Shown: piece by piece, positions 1 through 9,386 of the stretch
Position numbering within the stretch: the stretch's first letter is position 1
Layout: each line of letters opens with the position of its first letter
Assembly: GCA_902569865.1 (NCBI GenBank)
Contig: CACFVT010000001.1
Span: 22,350 to 86,349, forward strand
DNA from: an uncultured Alphaproteobacteria bacterium
GTDB taxonomy: Bacteria; Pseudomonadota; Alphaproteobacteria; HIMB59; GCA-002718135
Length of the DNA stretch: 64,000 nucleotides
Reading direction: 5' to 3'
Made by a program: the position numbers and the translations under genes
Notes under the pieces: generated by a model
What the model saw: only the letters and a program-made list of their open reading frames with translations
What the model was told of the DNA's origin: nothing
Databases searched by the model: none

Positions 1-355
1 GCCTGTAGATTATTGATTGATGATCTTCTAAAGTTGACTCAACGATAGCGAATGAGATTCTAGATTCATTATCTTCTAATTTAATTAAATTTCTCTTAAC
101 TCCATAGTGATCTAATTGGTTTAAAGCAAACTTACCCAATGCATCATTAGAAACTCTTGTCAGTAAGGAACATAATCCACCATATTTAGTTAATTGAACA
201 CCCATATTTGCTGATGAACCGCCAAGATGAGTCACATAATTATTTGCATTTTCAGTTTTAGTTCCAGGTGGATCAGGATAAATATCAACACCCGCCCTGC
301 CTATTAGTAAAAAATTATTTTTTTGAATTTTTGAAATTAAAAATTCCAAGGACAT
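1..355 (-). CDS. PfkB-family sugar kinase (IolC / 5-dehydro-2-deoxygluconokinase-like), N-terminal fragment; gene runs off the window start
   Basis: Own translation of the minus strand from ATG at 355: MSLEFLISKIQKNNFLLIGRAGVDIYPDPPGTKTENANNYVTHLGGSSANMGVQLTKYGG... The LIGRAxxD and GGSxAN motifs are the N-terminal PfkB/ribokinase signature. The stretch aligns from memory with B. subtilis IolC. It is missing from the ORF track because it is truncated. Confidence 0.6.
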   Translation of the reverse strand, partial: MSLEFLISKIQKNNFLLIGRAGVDIYPDPPGTKTENANNYVTHLGGSSANMGVQLTKYGGLCSLLTRVSNDALGKFALNQLDHYGVKRNLIKLEDNESRISFAIVESTLEDHQSIIYR

Positions 356-358
356 AAA

Positions 359-700
359 TTATTTACTTTTCATATCAATAAATTCGGCTTTATAATCAAA
401 GGGATTAATAGCATCAATACATCCGATATTTATTGCGGCACCATTTGGGTCACTTCTTCTGTTGTGATGTGTATATATTCCGCAAGTTTTACAAAAAAAA
501 TGTTCTGCAATTTTAGTATTAAATTTATAGGAACTGAGATTTTCCTTGCCTTTAATTATCTGGACTGAGTCTTTAGAAACCATGCACATTTTCGCATTTT
601 TTCTTATACAAATTGAGCAATTGCATTGTTTAATAGTTTTAAGATCTGTTTCAACTTCTAGCTCTACCGCTCCACAATGACATTTTAAATTGTATAACAT
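359..700 (-). CDS. GFA / CENP-V family (glutathione-dependent formaldehyde-activating enzyme-like) zinc-binding protein
   Basis: 113-aa ORF with the Cys pattern CHCGAV...CNCSIC...CKTCG typical of the GFA fold. Confidence 0.65.
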   Translation of the reverse strand: MLYNLKCHCGAVELEVETDLKTIKQCNCSICIRKNAKMCMVSKDSVQIIKGKENLSSYKFNTKIAEHFFCKTCGIYTHHNRRSDPNGAAINIGCIDAINPFDYKAEFIDMKSK

Positions 701-721
701 ATTTAGTTCTCCAATTTTAAT

Positions 722-797
722 TGGCGCGCCCGAAATGATTCGAACATTTGACCTACCGCTTAGAAGGCGGTTGCTCTATCCACTGAGCTACGGGCGC
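722..797 (-). tRNA. tRNA-Arg (anticodon TCT)
   Basis: The reverse complement folds as a cloverleaf. Acceptor GCGCCCG/CGGGCGC, T arm AAATG-TTCGAAT-CATTT, anticodon loop CT-TCT-AA, encoded CCA end. Confidence 0.9.
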
Positions 798-836
798 TTA
801 AATGCCCTTTATCATACTATAAATAAATTCAAAAGA

Positions 837-1142
837 TTAATGTGTCCAAGGTTCTTTTCTTCTCATATCAAAATTGGAAGCATAGTTCTTTGCTTTAATT
901 TTTCTTTCTTTTGGTTCAATAACTATAAATTGTTGATTATTTTTTTTTGACCATTCTATCGCTTGTTCTTTTGTATCAAAATACATTTTGATTTGTTCCT
1001 TAGTATCTAGTGAACTGTTCCATCCCATTAATGTATCCTTAACTTTATCAGTTTCAATAATATATTCTGCAAGCCATTTTTTTGTTTTACCTAATCCAGA
1101 TTGCATTGAAGATTTAGTTGGTTTATAAATTTTAATTGTCAT
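837..1142 (-). CDS. ETC complex I subunit conserved-region protein (NDUFS4-like, alphaproteobacterial type)
   Basis: 101 aa. IYKPTKSSMQSG...MGWNSS...FDTKEQAIEW...EPKERKIKAKNYASNF matches the bacterial NDUFS4-homologue family pattern. ATGA overlap with the upstream acyl-CoA dehydrogenase. Confidence 0.8.
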   Translation of the reverse strand: MTIKIYKPTKSSMQSGLGKTKKWLAEYIIETDKVKDTLMGWNSSLDTKEQIKMYFDTKEQAIEWSKKNNQQFIVIEPKERKIKAKNYASNFDMRRKEPWTH

Positions 1143-2926
1143 TGCTGACTTCCAGTTTCAAAATAATTATCTGAAAAATGATTATATAAATTTCCAGAAG
1201 AATAAATATTATTTTTAAATCTTTTTGTTTCAAAAATTACCTTTGTCATAAAAAATTCTCCTAGTTGAATCTTTGATAAATAAAAAGGATCATTTATTTC
1301 TTTAATTTTATCTTGAGAAACTTTAATGAATTGAAGCCAAGTATACCCAACTGCTACAAGGGCAAAAATATTTAAAAAATCCATAGCATGGGCATTAATT
1401 TCTTTTGTGTTTTTAGTATCGATTTGTCTTATAAAATCAACACAATCTTTTAAATCGATGAATGAAGATTTAAACAATTGAATAAACTTTTGCATATTTT
1501 GATCATCATCATTGGCAATTAAAAATCCTTCGATTTCACTTAAATAGTCATTAATAATTTGACCATCATGAATATTAAATTTTCTTCCAATTAAATCTAA
1601 AGCTTGGATACCATTAGTACCTTCATATATTGGTAAGATTCTTGCATCGCGAACTAATTGCTCCATGCCGTGATCAGTTATATATCCATGACCACCATAT
1701 ATTTGTAAGGCGTTATTTGTAATCTCCAATGCTTTATCAGTTGCAAAAGATTTTAGGATTGGGGTTAATAAAGCGATTAAATTCTCAGAAGTTTGTGAAA
1801 GTTTTGATGTTTGATCAGAGTCAATTATATCAAAAGCATTACCAGCTTTAAGCATTAGTCCTCTAATGCCATCATTAACAGACTTCATATACATTAAATT
1901 TTTTCTAATTTCTGGATGAACAATTATTGGATCAGCAAGATTTTGACTTTCAGGTAATTTTCCTTGAAGACGTTCTTTTGCATAATGAAGAGCTGATTGA
2001 TATGCTGTTTCTGAGAGACCAATACCTTGAATACCTACAAATAATCTAGCCCCATTCATCATGATAAACATTGCCTTCATTCCTTTGTTTAAATCACCTA
2101 CAAGCCAACCTTTTGCGTCTTCATAATGCATAACACATGTTGGACTTGCCTTAATTCCCATTTTTTTTTCAATTGAACCGCATTTAACACTGTTTGCTAT
2201 TTTAAGACTCCCATCTTTAGCAGGGATTATTTTAGGTACTAAAAAAAGGCTAATACCTTTTATTCCATCAGGTGCATTAGGAGTGCGAGCTAAGACTAAA
2301 TGGATTACATTTTCACTAAGATCATGATCACCACAGGTAATGAATATTTTTGTTCCTGTAATATTATAAGATCCATCGTCGTTTGGTTTAGCCATAGTTT
2401 TACTCAGACCTAAATCAGTTCCACATTGAGGCTCAGTTAAATTCATTGTGCCTGTCCATTTCCCTGAAGTTAAATGAGGTAAATAAATTTGTTTTAAATC
2501 TTCACTTGCATTCTTTTCAATTGCATCAATAGCATTTGCAGTCAAACCAGGATAAAGTCCAAAAGACATATTTGTTGAACTGACCATTTCATCTAAAAAC
2601 ATATTCATAATATATGGAAGATCTTGACCACCATATTTTTCTTTTACTTTTATTCCCTGCCATCCATTTTCAGAAAAAATTTTATATGCATCTTTAAAAC
2701 CTTTAGGAGTTATTACTTTACCATTATCAAATGTGCAACCTTCTGAATCACCAGAAACATTTAAAGGTAAAAGTGTTTCTTCACACATTTTTGAACCCTC
2801 CTCCAGTATCATAAGAAGGTCATCAATTTCTAAACTTCTATTTGTTAAAATTTTATTATCTTTTAAATTTAGAAAATCTTCTAATAAAAACTTATATTCC
2901 CTTAATGGAGTTTTATAAACTTGCAT
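1139..2926 (-). CDS. Long-form acyl-CoA dehydrogenase (with C-terminal extension domain)
   Basis: 595 aa with ACAD N/M/C domain pattern (LTEPQCGTDLG, IYEGTNGIQALDL). Adjacent to a thiolase. Confidence 0.85.
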   Translation of the reverse strand: MQVYKTPLREYKFLLEDFLNLKDNKILTNRSLEIDDLLMILEEGSKMCEETLLPLNVSGDSEGCTFDNGKVITPKGFKDAYKIFSENGWQGIKVKEKYGGQDLPYIMNMFLDEMVSSTNMSFGLYPGLTANAIDAIEKNASEDLKQIYLPHLTSGKWTGTMNLTEPQCGTDLGLSKTMAKPNDDGSYNITGTKIFITCGDHDLSENVIHLVLARTPNAPDGIKGISLFLVPKIIPAKDGSLKIANSVKCGSIEKKMGIKASPTCVMHYEDAKGWLVGDLNKGMKAMFIMMNGARLFVGIQGIGLSETAYQSALHYAKERLQGKLPESQNLADPIIVHPEIRKNLMYMKSVNDGIRGLMLKAGNAFDIIDSDQTSKLSQTSENLIALLTPILKSFATDKALEITNNALQIYGGHGYITDHGMEQLVRDARILPIYEGTNGIQALDLIGRKFNIHDGQIINDYLSEIEGFLIANDDDQNMQKFIQLFKSSFIDLKDCVDFIRQIDTKNTKEINAHAMDFLNIFALVAVGYTWLQFIKVSQDKIKEINDPFYLSKIQLGEFFMTKVIFETKRFKNNIYSSGNLYNHFSDNYFETGSQQ

Positions 2927-2928
2927 AA

Positions 2929-4065
2929 CTATTCAACTCTTTCTAACACTGTTGCTATACCTTGTCCAAGACCTATGCATTGAGTTGCTAAAGCATATTT
3001 TTTATTATGTTTGATCATTAAGGAAGCAGCTTTTGCAGTTATGCGAGTACCAGTTGCGCCTAATGGGTGCCCTAAAGATATTGCTCCACCTTCTATATTA
3101 ACAATTTCAGGATTGATTTTAAGTTCTTTTATGCAGGCAATTGATTGAGATGCAAAAGCTTCGTTTAATTCAACAATATCAATATCTTTAATATCTAGAT
3201 TAGCTCTTTTAAGAGCTTTTTTTGTAGCGTTAATTGGTCCCAATCCCATTAATTCAGGAGGACAACCTTGAATGGCAGTAGATTTTATTCTGGCTATTAT
3301 TGGTAATTTATTAGCTTTAGCATACTCCTCTTCGCAAACTAAAGTTGCAGAAGCGCCATCAGTTAATGGTGAGGCGGTACCAGCTGTGATAGTTCCATTT
3401 TCATCAAATACTAACTTTAAATTGTTTAATATTTCTTGAGAGGTATTTGATCTTATGCCACCATCACTTATCACTTCAATATTATCTTTTTTAATAATAG
3501 TTAATTCTTGATCAAAGCTTTTAGATAATTGCGCTTTTGCAGCATTAGCATGACTTAAAATTGCAAAATCTTGTTGTTCTTTTCTAGAAAGATTATATTT
3601 TTTTGCTACATTTTCAGCAGTTAAACCCATTGAGAGATATACATTTGGTTTATCAATTAATAACTCAGGGTTTGGAGTATAATTTAATCCATTTATTGGA
3701 ACAAAGGTCATAGATTCAATACCGCAGCAAATAAAAACTTTTCCAGCATTCATAGAAATTGCTCCTGCGGCACTATGAATTGCCTGCATAGAGGATCCAC
3801 ACCATCTATTTATTGTCATACCTCCGACATGTTCAGGCATATCAGTCATAAAGGAAACTATTTTAGCAATGTTATAACCTTGCGCACCTTCAGGATATGC
3901 ACATCCTGCTATAATATCTTCAATATCATCTTTATTAATATTTGTTGTTTTTACTAAATCATTGATTACTTGAGATAAAATATCCTCAGGTCTTATTTTG
4001 GATAACAGTCCTTTATTAGCAATTGTAAAAGGTGATCTTTTAAAACCTACAAGAACAGTATTCAT
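2929..4065 (-). CDS. Acetyl-CoA C-acyltransferase (thiolase)
   Basis: 378 aa. Thiolase active-site Cys region INRWCGSSMQAI, C-terminal NIEGGAISLGHPLGATG and CIGLGQGIA motifs. Confidence 0.9.
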   Translation of the reverse strand: MNTVLVGFKRSPFTIANKGLLSKIRPEDILSQVINDLVKTTNINKDDIEDIIAGCAYPEGAQGYNIAKIVSFMTDMPEHVGGMTINRWCGSSMQAIHSAAGAISMNAGKVFICCGIESMTFVPINGLNYTPNPELLIDKPNVYLSMGLTAENVAKKYNLSRKEQQDFAILSHANAAKAQLSKSFDQELTIIKKDNIEVISDGGIRSNTSQEILNNLKLVFDENGTITAGTASPLTDGASATLVCEEEYAKANKLPIIARIKSTAIQGCPPELMGLGPINATKKALKRANLDIKDIDIVELNEAFASQSIACIKELKINPEIVNIEGGAISLGHPLGATGTRITAKAASLMIKHNKKYALATQCIGLGQGIATVLERVE

Positions 4066-4580
4066 TAAAAATCCATTAATGAGTGAATATTAATTCCTCT
4101 TTTTTGAAGTTTTTTATCGCCATTTAAATCAGGAAGATTAATAATAAAGCCAGCTCCGACAATATTTTTATTATCAAATTTCTCAATTAAGTCTACTGAT
4201 GCTAATGCTGTTCCACCAGTTGCAAGTAAATCATCAATAATTAATAAATTTTTATGATTATCTAAAGCATCTTTATGTATATGCATCTCAGTAGAACCGT
4301 ATTCTAAAGTATATGAAACTTTATATGTTTCGCCAGGAAGTTTATCAGGTTTTCTTAAAGGCACAAATGCGGCACCTATATTGTATGCAATTGCTCCAGC
4401 CATAATAAAACCTCTTGATTCAATACTCAATACAGCGTCAATTGGAGTATTTTTCCAGGGCTCAGTCATTTCATCAATCACTTGTTTAAAATGACCAGCA
4501 TCTTGTAAAAGAGTTGTTATGTCCCTAAATTGAATACCTTTGACAGGATAGTCTAGTATTGTTCTTACATATTCTTTCAT
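4065..4580 (-). CDS. apt: Adenine phosphoribosyltransferase
   Basis: 171 aa. PRPP-binding motif LLIIDDLLATGGT and full-length APRT-like sequence. Start overlaps the stop of the upstream gene (ATGA). Confidence 0.9.
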   Translation of the reverse strand: MKEYVRTILDYPVKGIQFRDITTLLQDAGHFKQVIDEMTEPWKNTPIDAVLSIESRGFIMAGAIAYNIGAAFVPLRKPDKLPGETYKVSYTLEYGSTEMHIHKDALDNHKNLLIIDDLLATGGTALASVDLIEKFDNKNIVGAGFIINLPDLNGDKKLQKRGINIHSLMDF

Positions 4581-5140
4581 TTAAATTTTAACATTTCCTC
4601 ATAATTAAATAGTGTAATCGGAGCAAAATTTGAAGAGCAATCATATGTTTTTGTATGAGGATATTTTTCATATGATTTTGCAATTTGTCCTTTAGTACCA
4701 AGGATATCCTCAAATAATTTAATTAAAAGTTTATTTGGGTTTGCATGAGGTGCAATAGAACGGATATATTTTATATTATTCTCAATATTTATTTTATTAT
4801 TTTTGCACATTAAATATGTAGCAGTTGCCATTGATCTTGATACACCGCACCAACAGTGTATTACTATATCTTCTTCTATTTCCCAAGATTCAGTAAATTT
4901 TTTAATAGAGTTAATATGTGACTCATTTGGAGGTAATTGAGGAATTTCATCAGTATTAAGTCTGAAGATATGATTATCTGGGCTTATTTTTAAAATATCA
5001 TCAAAGCCAAGTTTAAGATGTTTTTGAACAGATTTGGGAGTCTCAGGTGCATAACCTGGATCAATTACAGAAATTAAATATTTTGGTTTAACGCTTTCAC
5101 ATACTTCTGGAATGTCTTTTAGGGAGCAAACTATTATCAT
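4577..5140 (-). CDS. Predicted Cys-based (CX5R) phosphatase, protein-tyrosine-phosphatase-like
   Basis: 187 aa. P-loop HCWCGVSRS (C-x5-R). Resembles the uncharacterised predicted-PTP family seen in alphaproteobacteria. Translationally coupled to apt. Confidence 0.55.
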   Translation of the reverse strand: MIIVCSLKDIPEVCESVKPKYLISVIDPGYAPETPKSVQKHLKLGFDDILKISPDNHIFRLNTDEIPQLPPNESHINSIKKFTESWEIEEDIVIHCWCGVSRSMATATYLMCKNNKINIENNIKYIRSIAPHANPNKLLIKLFEDILGTKGQIAKSYEKYPHTKTYDCSSNFAPITLFNYEEMLKFK

Positions 5141-5146
5141 AATAAA

Positions 5147-5171
5147 AAAGGGTGGTTATAAACCACCCTTT
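5147..5171 (-). terminator. Rho-independent terminator after the ABC substrate-binding protein gene
   Basis: On the minus strand: AAAGGGTGGTT-tat-AACCACCCTTT followed by TTTTATT, with a GC-rich 8-11 bp stem. The U-tract ends 5 nt before the next ATG (5140). Confidence 0.65.
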
Positions 5172-5190
5172 AAACAAATAAAGAAATTAA

Positions 5191-6525
5191 TTAGTTTTCA
5201 ATTGCATCAGCCAAAATTGCATTAGCTTCATCATTTAAGCTATTAAGAGTAGACATTATATCGTCACCGTTAATAATTGCTGCATAAGCTTTTTCAATTT
5301 CACCTCTTACAGAATAATAAGCAGGTACAGAAGGTTCTCCCTTACCATATTTTATTAAGCCTAAAGATCTATCATATTGAGGAAGGTCATTTCTCTTAGC
5401 TACAATTAAAGGATGATCTGCTGAAGATGTTCTTACAAAACCATAACCACTTTCAGTTGACCAAACAGCTGAGTTTTCAGTATTGGTAATGTATTTCATC
5501 CATTGATAAGCAGCTACCATTTTATCTGCATTATTAGTGTTACCCATAATTAAACCTCCACCGTATAAATTCATTACGGGTTCAGAAGTTGTATGAGGTA
5601 CTGCAGAGATTTCCCAATTCCCATTATAACCATCTTCAATTGCACTTTGAAAATAAGTAATCCCCGAAGTTGATGATAAAGCAAATAAATTAGAACCTAA
5701 ACCAAGATATTGTTGGTCTGCATACTTATCTCTCGTTACTTGTGCGCATCCCTTATTAGACATGCCTTGAATGAATTCCATAGCAGCTACTGCCGCAGGT
5801 CCATTTAGGATATATTGACCAGAATCATAATCAAAAACATCTCCACCATGAGCAAATACCCAAGCAGCAAAATTACTTGCGTCTGTATCTATTTCATAGC
5901 CAAGACTAGGTGTATCACCTACTCTACCACTAAAAGTACTATTAGTTGCTGCGCATGCAGCTTCTGCAAATTCAGCTGGAGTTTTAGGTTCTGATAAACC
6001 AAGTTCATTTAGCCAATCTTTATTATAATAAACAACTTCAATAGACTTGCCTACTTCGTGAAGTAATTTAGGATTACCATCAAAATAACCTGAAAATCCT
6101 ACTGTCCAGTTTGCTCCCCAGTCATCTATGTCATCTTGTGTAACACCCCATTTTGAGCTGTTAGCCAAGATACTTTGATCCATTGCTGCACCAATTTGAT
6201 ACATGTCAGCTGCTGCATTTCCATAACCTCTAGCAACATCAGCTTGATCTGGTGTTCCAGCAGATGTCATCATTGCTGACTGAACTTTACCGTAATGTCC
6301 TTTATAAGTTATGTTAACTGTAATTCCAGTTTCTGCCTCAAATCTTTCTGCTCTGGCTTTCATAGCGTCTAGACGTTCATCCGAATACTGAACCCAGAAT
6401 TCTACAGTTTGACCTTTTGGATTAGCATTCTCAATATCAGCAGCTGTTACTGCAAATAATTGAGAAGAAAATAAAAATGTTGTTAAAAAAACAACTTTAA
6501 TCAATAATTTTTTAAACATAATCAC
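5191..6525 (-). CDS. ABC transporter substrate-binding protein, family 1 (CUT1 sugar/organophosphate type)
   Basis: 444 aa with an N-terminal signal peptide MIMFKKLLIKVVFLTTFLFSSQLFA. Size and composition fit CUT1-type SBPs. Less AT-biased than its neighbours, which suggests high expression. Follows two MalFG-type permeases. Confidence 0.8.
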   Translation of the reverse strand: MIMFKKLLIKVVFLTTFLFSSQLFAVTAADIENANPKGQTVEFWVQYSDERLDAMKARAERFEAETGITVNITYKGHYGKVQSAMMTSAGTPDQADVARGYGNAAADMYQIGAAMDQSILANSSKWGVTQDDIDDWGANWTVGFSGYFDGNPKLLHEVGKSIEVVYYNKDWLNELGLSEPKTPAEFAEAACAATNSTFSGRVGDTPSLGYEIDTDASNFAAWVFAHGGDVFDYDSGQYILNGPAAVAAMEFIQGMSNKGCAQVTRDKYADQQYLGLGSNLFALSSTSGITYFQSAIEDGYNGNWEISAVPHTTSEPVMNLYGGGLIMGNTNNADKMVAAYQWMKYITNTENSAVWSTESGYGFVRTSSADHPLIVAKRNDLPQYDRSLGLIKYGKGEPSVPAYYSVRGEIEKAYAAIINGDDIMSTLNSLNDEANAILADAIEN

Positions 6526-6611
6526 ACCCCTAAGATAAGAATAAACATTTAATAATAAAATACTACGATTCTATTGCTGTTTCATTACAGAAAATTGTTA
6601 ACAATTAACAA

Positions 6612-7457
6612 TTATTGTTTGAGACCAAAATTTGAAATACTCTGTAAAAATAATCTTTGAGTAAAGAAATATAGAAGTAAAACAGGAAAAATAGATATTA
6701 ACGAAGCAGCCATTAACAAGTTATACTGTGTTCCAGCTTCTCTAATAAAGCTATAAATTGATACCGTAACTGGGAACCAATCCTCTTTTGTTAATATCAG
6801 TAGTGGCCAAGCAAATGAGTTCCACGCAAGTATAAATGCAAATAAAGAAACTGTAACAATTATTGGCATACTCATTGGAATAACTACTTTTCTTAAAAAA
6901 TAAAAATGGGAAGCTCCATCCATTCTAGCAGCGTCCCATAACTCATTTGGAATTTTTTTTATATATTGTCGCAACAAGAAAATAATAAACACGTTACCAA
7001 AAAATGGGACTGTTAATCCTTGTAATGAATTCATCCATGATGGACCAAAAGGTAGGGGAAATATATTCCCTCTAATAATTAAAAGATGTGGAAGAAGTGC
7101 AATAATCTCAGGTATCATTAAAGATAATAATAAAGAATAGAAAATCACATCTCTAAAAGGAAACTGAATTTTTGCAAATGCATAGGCTGCGGGAATACTA
7201 GTACAGAGAACACCGATAACAATTAAACCACTTATGATAATGCTATTAAGGGTATATTGTTGAAAATTATTAGATGACCAAACCTCAATATAATTTTCAA
7301 ATCTTGGAACTTTAGGTAAAAGATATTGGTTCGAAGCCTCGCCTGATGTCATTAGTGATACACTGATCATATACAATAATGGATAAACTGACAAAAACAT
7401 TACAATAAATAAAATTATATAAGGAATAATTAATTCTTTTTTTTGAAAGCTAATCAT
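6612..7457 (-). CDS. ABC transporter permease (MalG/UgpE-like)
   Basis: 281 aa, six predicted TM segments, EAA-loop motif DAARMDGASHFYFLRKVVIPM. Confidence 0.85.
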   Translation of the reverse strand: MISFQKKELIIPYIILFIVMFLSVYPLLYMISVSLMTSGEASNQYLLPKVPRFENYIEVWSSNNFQQYTLNSIIISGLIVIGVLCTSIPAAYAFAKIQFPFRDVIFYSLLLSLMIPEIIALLPHLLIIRGNIFPLPFGPSWMNSLQGLTVPFFGNVFIIFLLRQYIKKIPNELWDAARMDGASHFYFLRKVVIPMSMPIIVTVSLFAFILAWNSFAWPLLILTKEDWFPVTVSIYSFIREAGTQYNLLMAASLISIFPVLLLYFFTQRLFLQSISNFGLKQ

Positions 7458-8574
7458 AGTTCAATCGCTTTCTAAAAATTACATATTGTGAAATTGCTAA
7501 AACATTTAAAATTATAAACAGAACTACTCCTTCTGCAGCAGCATAACCAAATTTAACTCTATCCCAGAAATGATCAAATATTTCAATTGTGACAACGTCC
7601 ATAGTCTCTCCTGCAGATGAAGTTTTCATAACCATAATATGATTAAATGCCTGAAATGAATTAATAAAACCAGTTAACAATAAAAAAAATATGATCGGCA
7701 TTAACAATGGAATTGTAATTTTAATAAACGTTTGCCATCTTGTAGCACCTTCTGCTTTTGCAGCTTCATATAAATCGGAGGGAATAATAGAAAGACCAGC
7801 TAATAATATTATTGCATAATAACCTGTGTAAGACCATACTCCATATAAAATAGATGTTAACAATGCTAAACTTGGTCCGGCAAAAAAACCTTCAATTTTT
7901 ATTCCAAACATTATTTCAGTGATTTTTCTTTTATCAAATAACCATAATTGAGGATCATATCCAAATAAACCAATAAACTCATTAAGTATTGAATTTTCAG
8001 CTTTTCCAAAAATTATAAAAAAAACTGCCCCACCCATTACTGCTGGAGTTATATAAGGAAATAAAAGTATCATCTGGAAAAACTGTTTACCTTTTAATTT
8101 TTGATACAAGGCAAAAGCTATCAAAAGACCTAAACCAACTTCAGTAGTAATTGCAAAAAAAGAATAGTAAAAAATGTAGATCAGTGAATTAAGAAAATCT
8201 GCATCACCCTTTTCCATCATATTAGTCCAGCTTATATTGATTAGATAAAGACTAATTAAAAGTATGAAGGACGAAACAACAAAACAATAAAAACTGTTTT
8301 TCATTTTATCTTTATATTCAGACCACACCCAGTATGAGGCAATCATTATAAGTAATCCTAAAATAAAAATCCAAAATGAACTGATATCCCCTAAAATTTT
8401 TTGATAATTTTCAAAACCAAGAAACCTTCCTTTAAAAACTTTCCATTTATGTAAACTCATGTACATTCCAAAAAAAACAGGAAATATACCAAACAAACTA
8501 ATTATTAAAAAAGCAGGAAGTATAAATATATATCCGTTTATTTGTTCTGAATATTTACTGAAAATTCTGCTCAT
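7450..8574 (-). CDS. ABC transporter permease (MalF/UgpA-like)
   Basis: 374 aa polytopic membrane protein, EAA-loop motif YEAAKAEGATRWQTFIKITIPLL. Overlaps the second permease by 8 nt. Confidence 0.85.
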   Translation of the reverse strand: MSRIFSKYSEQINGYIFILPAFLIISLFGIFPVFFGMYMSLHKWKVFKGRFLGFENYQKILGDISSFWIFILGLLIMIASYWVWSEYKDKMKNSFYCFVVSSFILLISLYLINISWTNMMEKGDADFLNSLIYIFYYSFFAITTEVGLGLLIAFALYQKLKGKQFFQMILLFPYITPAVMGGAVFFIIFGKAENSILNEFIGLFGYDPQLWLFDKRKITEIMFGIKIEGFFAGPSLALLTSILYGVWSYTGYYAIILLAGLSIIPSDLYEAAKAEGATRWQTFIKITIPLLMPIIFFLLLTGFINSFQAFNHIMVMKTSSAGETMDVVTIEIFDHFWDRVKFGYAAAEGVVLFIILNVLAISQYVIFRKRLNYD

Positions 8575-8613
8575 AATAATTAATGCTTAAACAGATATTT
8601 ATAGATTATTTTA

Positions 8614-9312
8614 CTATTTTTGAGCAAGTAAATAGTTATCTAAAAAAGAATCTAACCACATTGATACTGATTTATTGTGCTTAAATCTTAAATAAAGTTG
8701 AAAAAATAAATTTTGAGAACCATTAAGGAATAACACTTTTGGTTTTTTTATTAATACTAAAAAAAGCCATCTCAAATGTACAAAGAAATTTACCTCTGGA
8801 TGGAACTGTAATGCATAACAATTATGATATTTAAATGCTTGGTTCTTAAAAATTTCACCCCGAGCTAAAAGTTCGCAATCTTTTGGAATTTCAAATCCTT
8901 CTGTGTGAAATTGATAAAACATGCTTTGACCTTTGAAAATATTGTCTCCCTCACCGACCGGCTCAATCTCATAAAAGCCAATTTCTGCTAAATCATTTTT
9001 ATTTTTTATCACATCACATCCTAAATATTTAGCAAGTATTTGTGCGCCAAGACAAATTCCCAAAAAAGGTATTTTTGAATCAATTACCTTTTTCATCCAT
9101 CTTATTTCATCTTTAATAAATTGTTCATTATCATTAACACTCATTGGTCCACCAAAAATTACAATAGCAGAATATTTTGTTAAATCTTCAGGCAATATAT
9201 CACCTAATGGAGGGCGAACAATATCTTCTGAAAAACCTCTTTCTTTAAATTTATTTCCTACATCACCTGCTACAGAAGTTTTTTGATGGAAAACGTAGAG
9301 GACTTTTTTCAT
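8614..9312 (-). CDS. Stand-alone class I glutamine amidotransferase-like protein
   Basis: 232 aa with nucleophile elbow FLGICLGAQ and QFHPE (Cys-His-Glu triad). No synthase domain attached. Confidence 0.75.
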   Translation of the reverse strand: MKKVLYVFHQKTSVAGDVGNKFKERGFSEDIVRPPLGDILPEDLTKYSAIVIFGGPMSVNDNEQFIKDEIRWMKKVIDSKIPFLGICLGAQILAKYLGCDVIKNKNDLAEIGFYEIEPVGEGDNIFKGQSMFYQFHTEGFEIPKDCELLARGEIFKNQAFKYHNCYALQFHPEVNFFVHLRWLFLVLIKKPKVLFLNGSQNLFFQLYLRFKHNKSVSMWLDSFLDNYLLAQK

Positions 9313-9386
9313 AATTAATTTTTAAAACAATTAAAATAAATTACAAATATAATTTTATGAAATAATTATTAAATCCTGATAGCATT

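Noticed and set aside
690-950. 86-aa plus-strand ORF
   Set aside because: It runs straight through tRNA-Arg (722-797) and antisense to the NDUFS4-like gene. It has no motif support.
6593-6619. Perfect AT-rich palindromes: AATTGTTAACAATT plus AACAATTATTGTT at the permease/SBP junction, and GTTTCATGAAAC at 52623-52634 upstream of the sulfotransferase. These are possible operator sites.
   Set aside because: By my rough estimate, with this base composition several perfect 12-14 nt palindromes are expected by chance in 64 kb. No second copy or conserved spacing supports a regulator site. I note them only as candidates.
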